DNA of 64,000 nucleotides from Atractiella rhizophila (Eukaryota): NCBI GenBank assembly GCA_021432655.1, contig MU271248.1, positions 9,176 to 73,175 of the forward strand, read 5' to 3'. Shown piece by piece: positions 62,047 to 64,000 of this stretch (position 1 is its first letter; each line of letters starts with the position of its first letter). The notes under the pieces were generated by a model. It saw only the letters and a program-made list of their open reading frames with translations, ran no database searches and was not told where the DNA came from. The position numbers and the translations under genes were made by a program.

Positions 62047-62862
62047 CTCTGCACAAACGGGAACAGTTAGTACCCCCACAAGGAGTCAAAAGAGGGACCT
62101 GTCAGGCAAGACAAAGGGAGAGAAAAGCACTCACATCTCCTCCTCGGGCTCCTACTCCTACTCCTCCTCCTAGGCGGTGGACTGCCTAACTCTCTCCTCG
62201 GCGGCGGATCGCTCCTCCTATACATTTGACTTCATCAACAACCCTCCCAAAATCCAATCGTAAAAAAAGACATACCTAACATCTTCTCCACGTCCCCACC
62301 GTCCACCCGCACTCGGTCCTCCTCCAGCTCCCCAGCCAGCTCCCCTTCCACCACCACCGAATCCACCACCTCCACCACCTCTCCAAGACCCTCCATCCCT
62401 ATCCCTTCCCCTACCCATCCCTCCCGCTGGTCGCCCAATCGGCGCATCTCTATCTGTGTACCTCCCCGGACCACCAGGACCACTTCCCCCTCCTCCGCCA
62501 GCACCAGGCCCACCAGCCGTCCAAACACACTCGACGTAATCGCCAACGACGAACCTTCCATCCTCCAACGTCCTCTCTCCCTGTCCTCCTCTAGTCCCTA
62601 AATCCCTAGCGTGCACCACGCCGAGGTCGCGGAAGATCCAGCGGTCGGAACGCTCGTCGTAGAGCACGAGACGGAAGGAGTATTTCGCTAATGGGAGACG
62701 GAGAGAGGGAGTGCTGTCGCGCAGTTGGAGGACTAGGTCTCGTAACGTGCAGTCGCGCCAGGTGTAGATGCTGTGCAGGGAGGAGGGCGTGGGTGGTGGC
62801 CGGAAGTCACGTTCGGTGCTGGGAGTGGTCCTGACGAGGACATGGAGGAGGAAAGGACAGGT
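62047..62862 (-). CDS. SAP18: Sin3-associated polypeptide SAP18 with RGG/RS tail; first exon and promoter absent
   Basis: TCPFLL, IYTWRDCTLRDL, FRLV, DLGVV, RTLEDGRFVVGDYVEC, followed by Gly/Arg-rich and RSRSRSP segments. Upstream of the first visible acceptor there is only a T35 run and then the stop of kinase copy 4. Confidence 0.85.
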
Positions 62863-62877
62863 CTTTCATTGTGGATA

Positions 62878-62880
<3 letters not shown>

Positions 62881-62915
<35 letters not shown>
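62881..62915 (+). repeat. A35 homopolymer at a duplication or assembly junction
   Basis: 35 consecutive A between truncated SAP18 and the stop codon of kinase copy 4. Confidence 0.95.
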
Positions 62916-62916
<1 letters not shown>

Positions 62917-62917
62917 G

Positions 62918-63680
62918 TCAAGCGGTCTTTTTGATCCTCTCGACGCCTTCCATCCAGCTTCTATACTCTGCTCCCCATCCACCAATGCGTCTCCTCTTCC
63001 CTCCCACGTCTACGCCCTCCGTTATCATTTTCCCTAACTGGTATTCTCTATTGCTCCTATGGTGTGTAAGACACCAGAGCAAAATGCTGTCCCTGCTGAA
63101 GAAAGTTGCCGTGAAGGATTCGTTGCATCCTTCTTGGCATTGAGGCACGATGCGAAGGATGCGACCTATGGTTCGGACGAAAATACGAGGAAAGTAAAGT
63201 AGAAGAGGGGGATCGAGCCCTGTTTGTATTGTTTTCAATTTTGCACTCCGGGTAAAGAAAGACTTGCAGATGATATCCGTGCTTTCCTCTTCCAGGATGT
63301 TTCCGATGCTCGATCGGTAATTTCTCGATCAGAAGTCAGAACCGCAAGCAAGAGCAGAAGACAGAGGTGGGATACCCATCCACTACCCATCCTTTCTCGC
63401 TAGCTCTCGTAACTGTCAGAACCTTCTCTCTGAACTCTTCTTTCGTGCTCTCTTTGAATCCCGGCTTCCAGAAATACTCGTCGAGGTGTAAAACTGGGAG
63501 ATCGAGGATGGCAGAGAGACGATCAGCGAGGGTGCTGGATTCAAATCACAGTCACCCTCTTGGCCTCCCGTTTAAGCCTCAAGGAAAAAACATTGGAAAT
63601 CACCTCTTTCCTACCCCTGAATTTCCCTGAATCAATACCCGATACCGACCTTGACCGTCACCTTTCAATGGAGGGATCAT
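62918..63680 (-). CDS. Adenylate-kinase/FlaR-like P-loop kinase, copy 4
   Basis: Near-identical protein to copy 3; ends ERIKKTA*. Confidence 0.88.
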
Positions 63681-64000
63681 GGTTAAGTCTCTCGGGAAAA
63701 GATTCGAGGTTGTTCGGAAGTGGACAGACGAGAGAGGCAATGACCAGGTCGCAGGAGCGAGCTTTTTTGAAAGTGTGGTGAAACGAGTCAGCTACACAGC
63801 CTTTGTTTCCGAAGTTTTGACCTCGCGTGACAACCGCGTTCCGTTCCATCTTTGGATGTATAACCCAATTATATTCATCGAAGGGGAGGATTGTGGTTCA
63901 GTGGAGGACTATGAGTGCTTGAGCCAAATAAAATTTCGAAATCCAACTCAGAGTCGCAGCGTTTTATTTCAATCATACTTTGTATCTCTTGCTTATCTCA
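62918..64000. repeat. Direct repeat of 59864-60946, running to the window edge
   Basis: Colinear high similarity across the kinase gene and ~320 nt of upstream DNA, offset about 3.05 kb. Confidence 0.93.

Noticed and set aside
62881..62915. A35 as the tail of a retrocopy or LINE insertion
   Set aside because: Wrong strand for both flanking genes, both retain introns, and there is no target-site duplication or RT sequence.

Overview
Gene-dense, intron-rich fungal genomic DNA with introns of roughly 45-60 nt. It is a basidiomycete; the exact lineage cannot be determined from this window. I spliced about 29 protein-coding genes by eye: metacaspase (3' end), a small Cys-rich secreted protein, sterol O-acyltransferase, LIM/RhoGAP, URA3, amidase, F-box, COQ10, a peroxisomal quinone-reductase-like MDR, SmD3, PTC1, a peroxisomal nitronate monooxygenase, an MP88-like secreted protein, an amidohydrolase, a GT-A glycosyltransferase, BRO1/ALIX, a Mid2-like membrane protein, an SRPK-like kinase, a Zn2Cys6 factor, a MOV10/SDE3-like helicase, TPT1, SUA5, PNC1 and SAP18. 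Most notable: (1) a gene the ORF track misses as a unit, encoding an MLKL-like four-helix N-terminal domain, a U-box-like domain assembled through a 9-nt microexon, and TPR repeats; (2) an apparently obligatory 1-nt exon in the amidohydrolase; (3) a duplication-rich 52.6-64 kb region with four copies of an adenylate-kinase/FlaR-like P-loop gene among RNA- and NAD-related genes; (4) a shared, position-matched CGG motif upstream of the two PTS1-bearing enzymes. Two A/C-rich stretches (~48.9-49.2 kb and ~59.3-59.65 kb) look like corrupted base calls. I found no tRNA, rRNA, CRISPR array or transposon. All family assignments come from motif recognition, not database searches.
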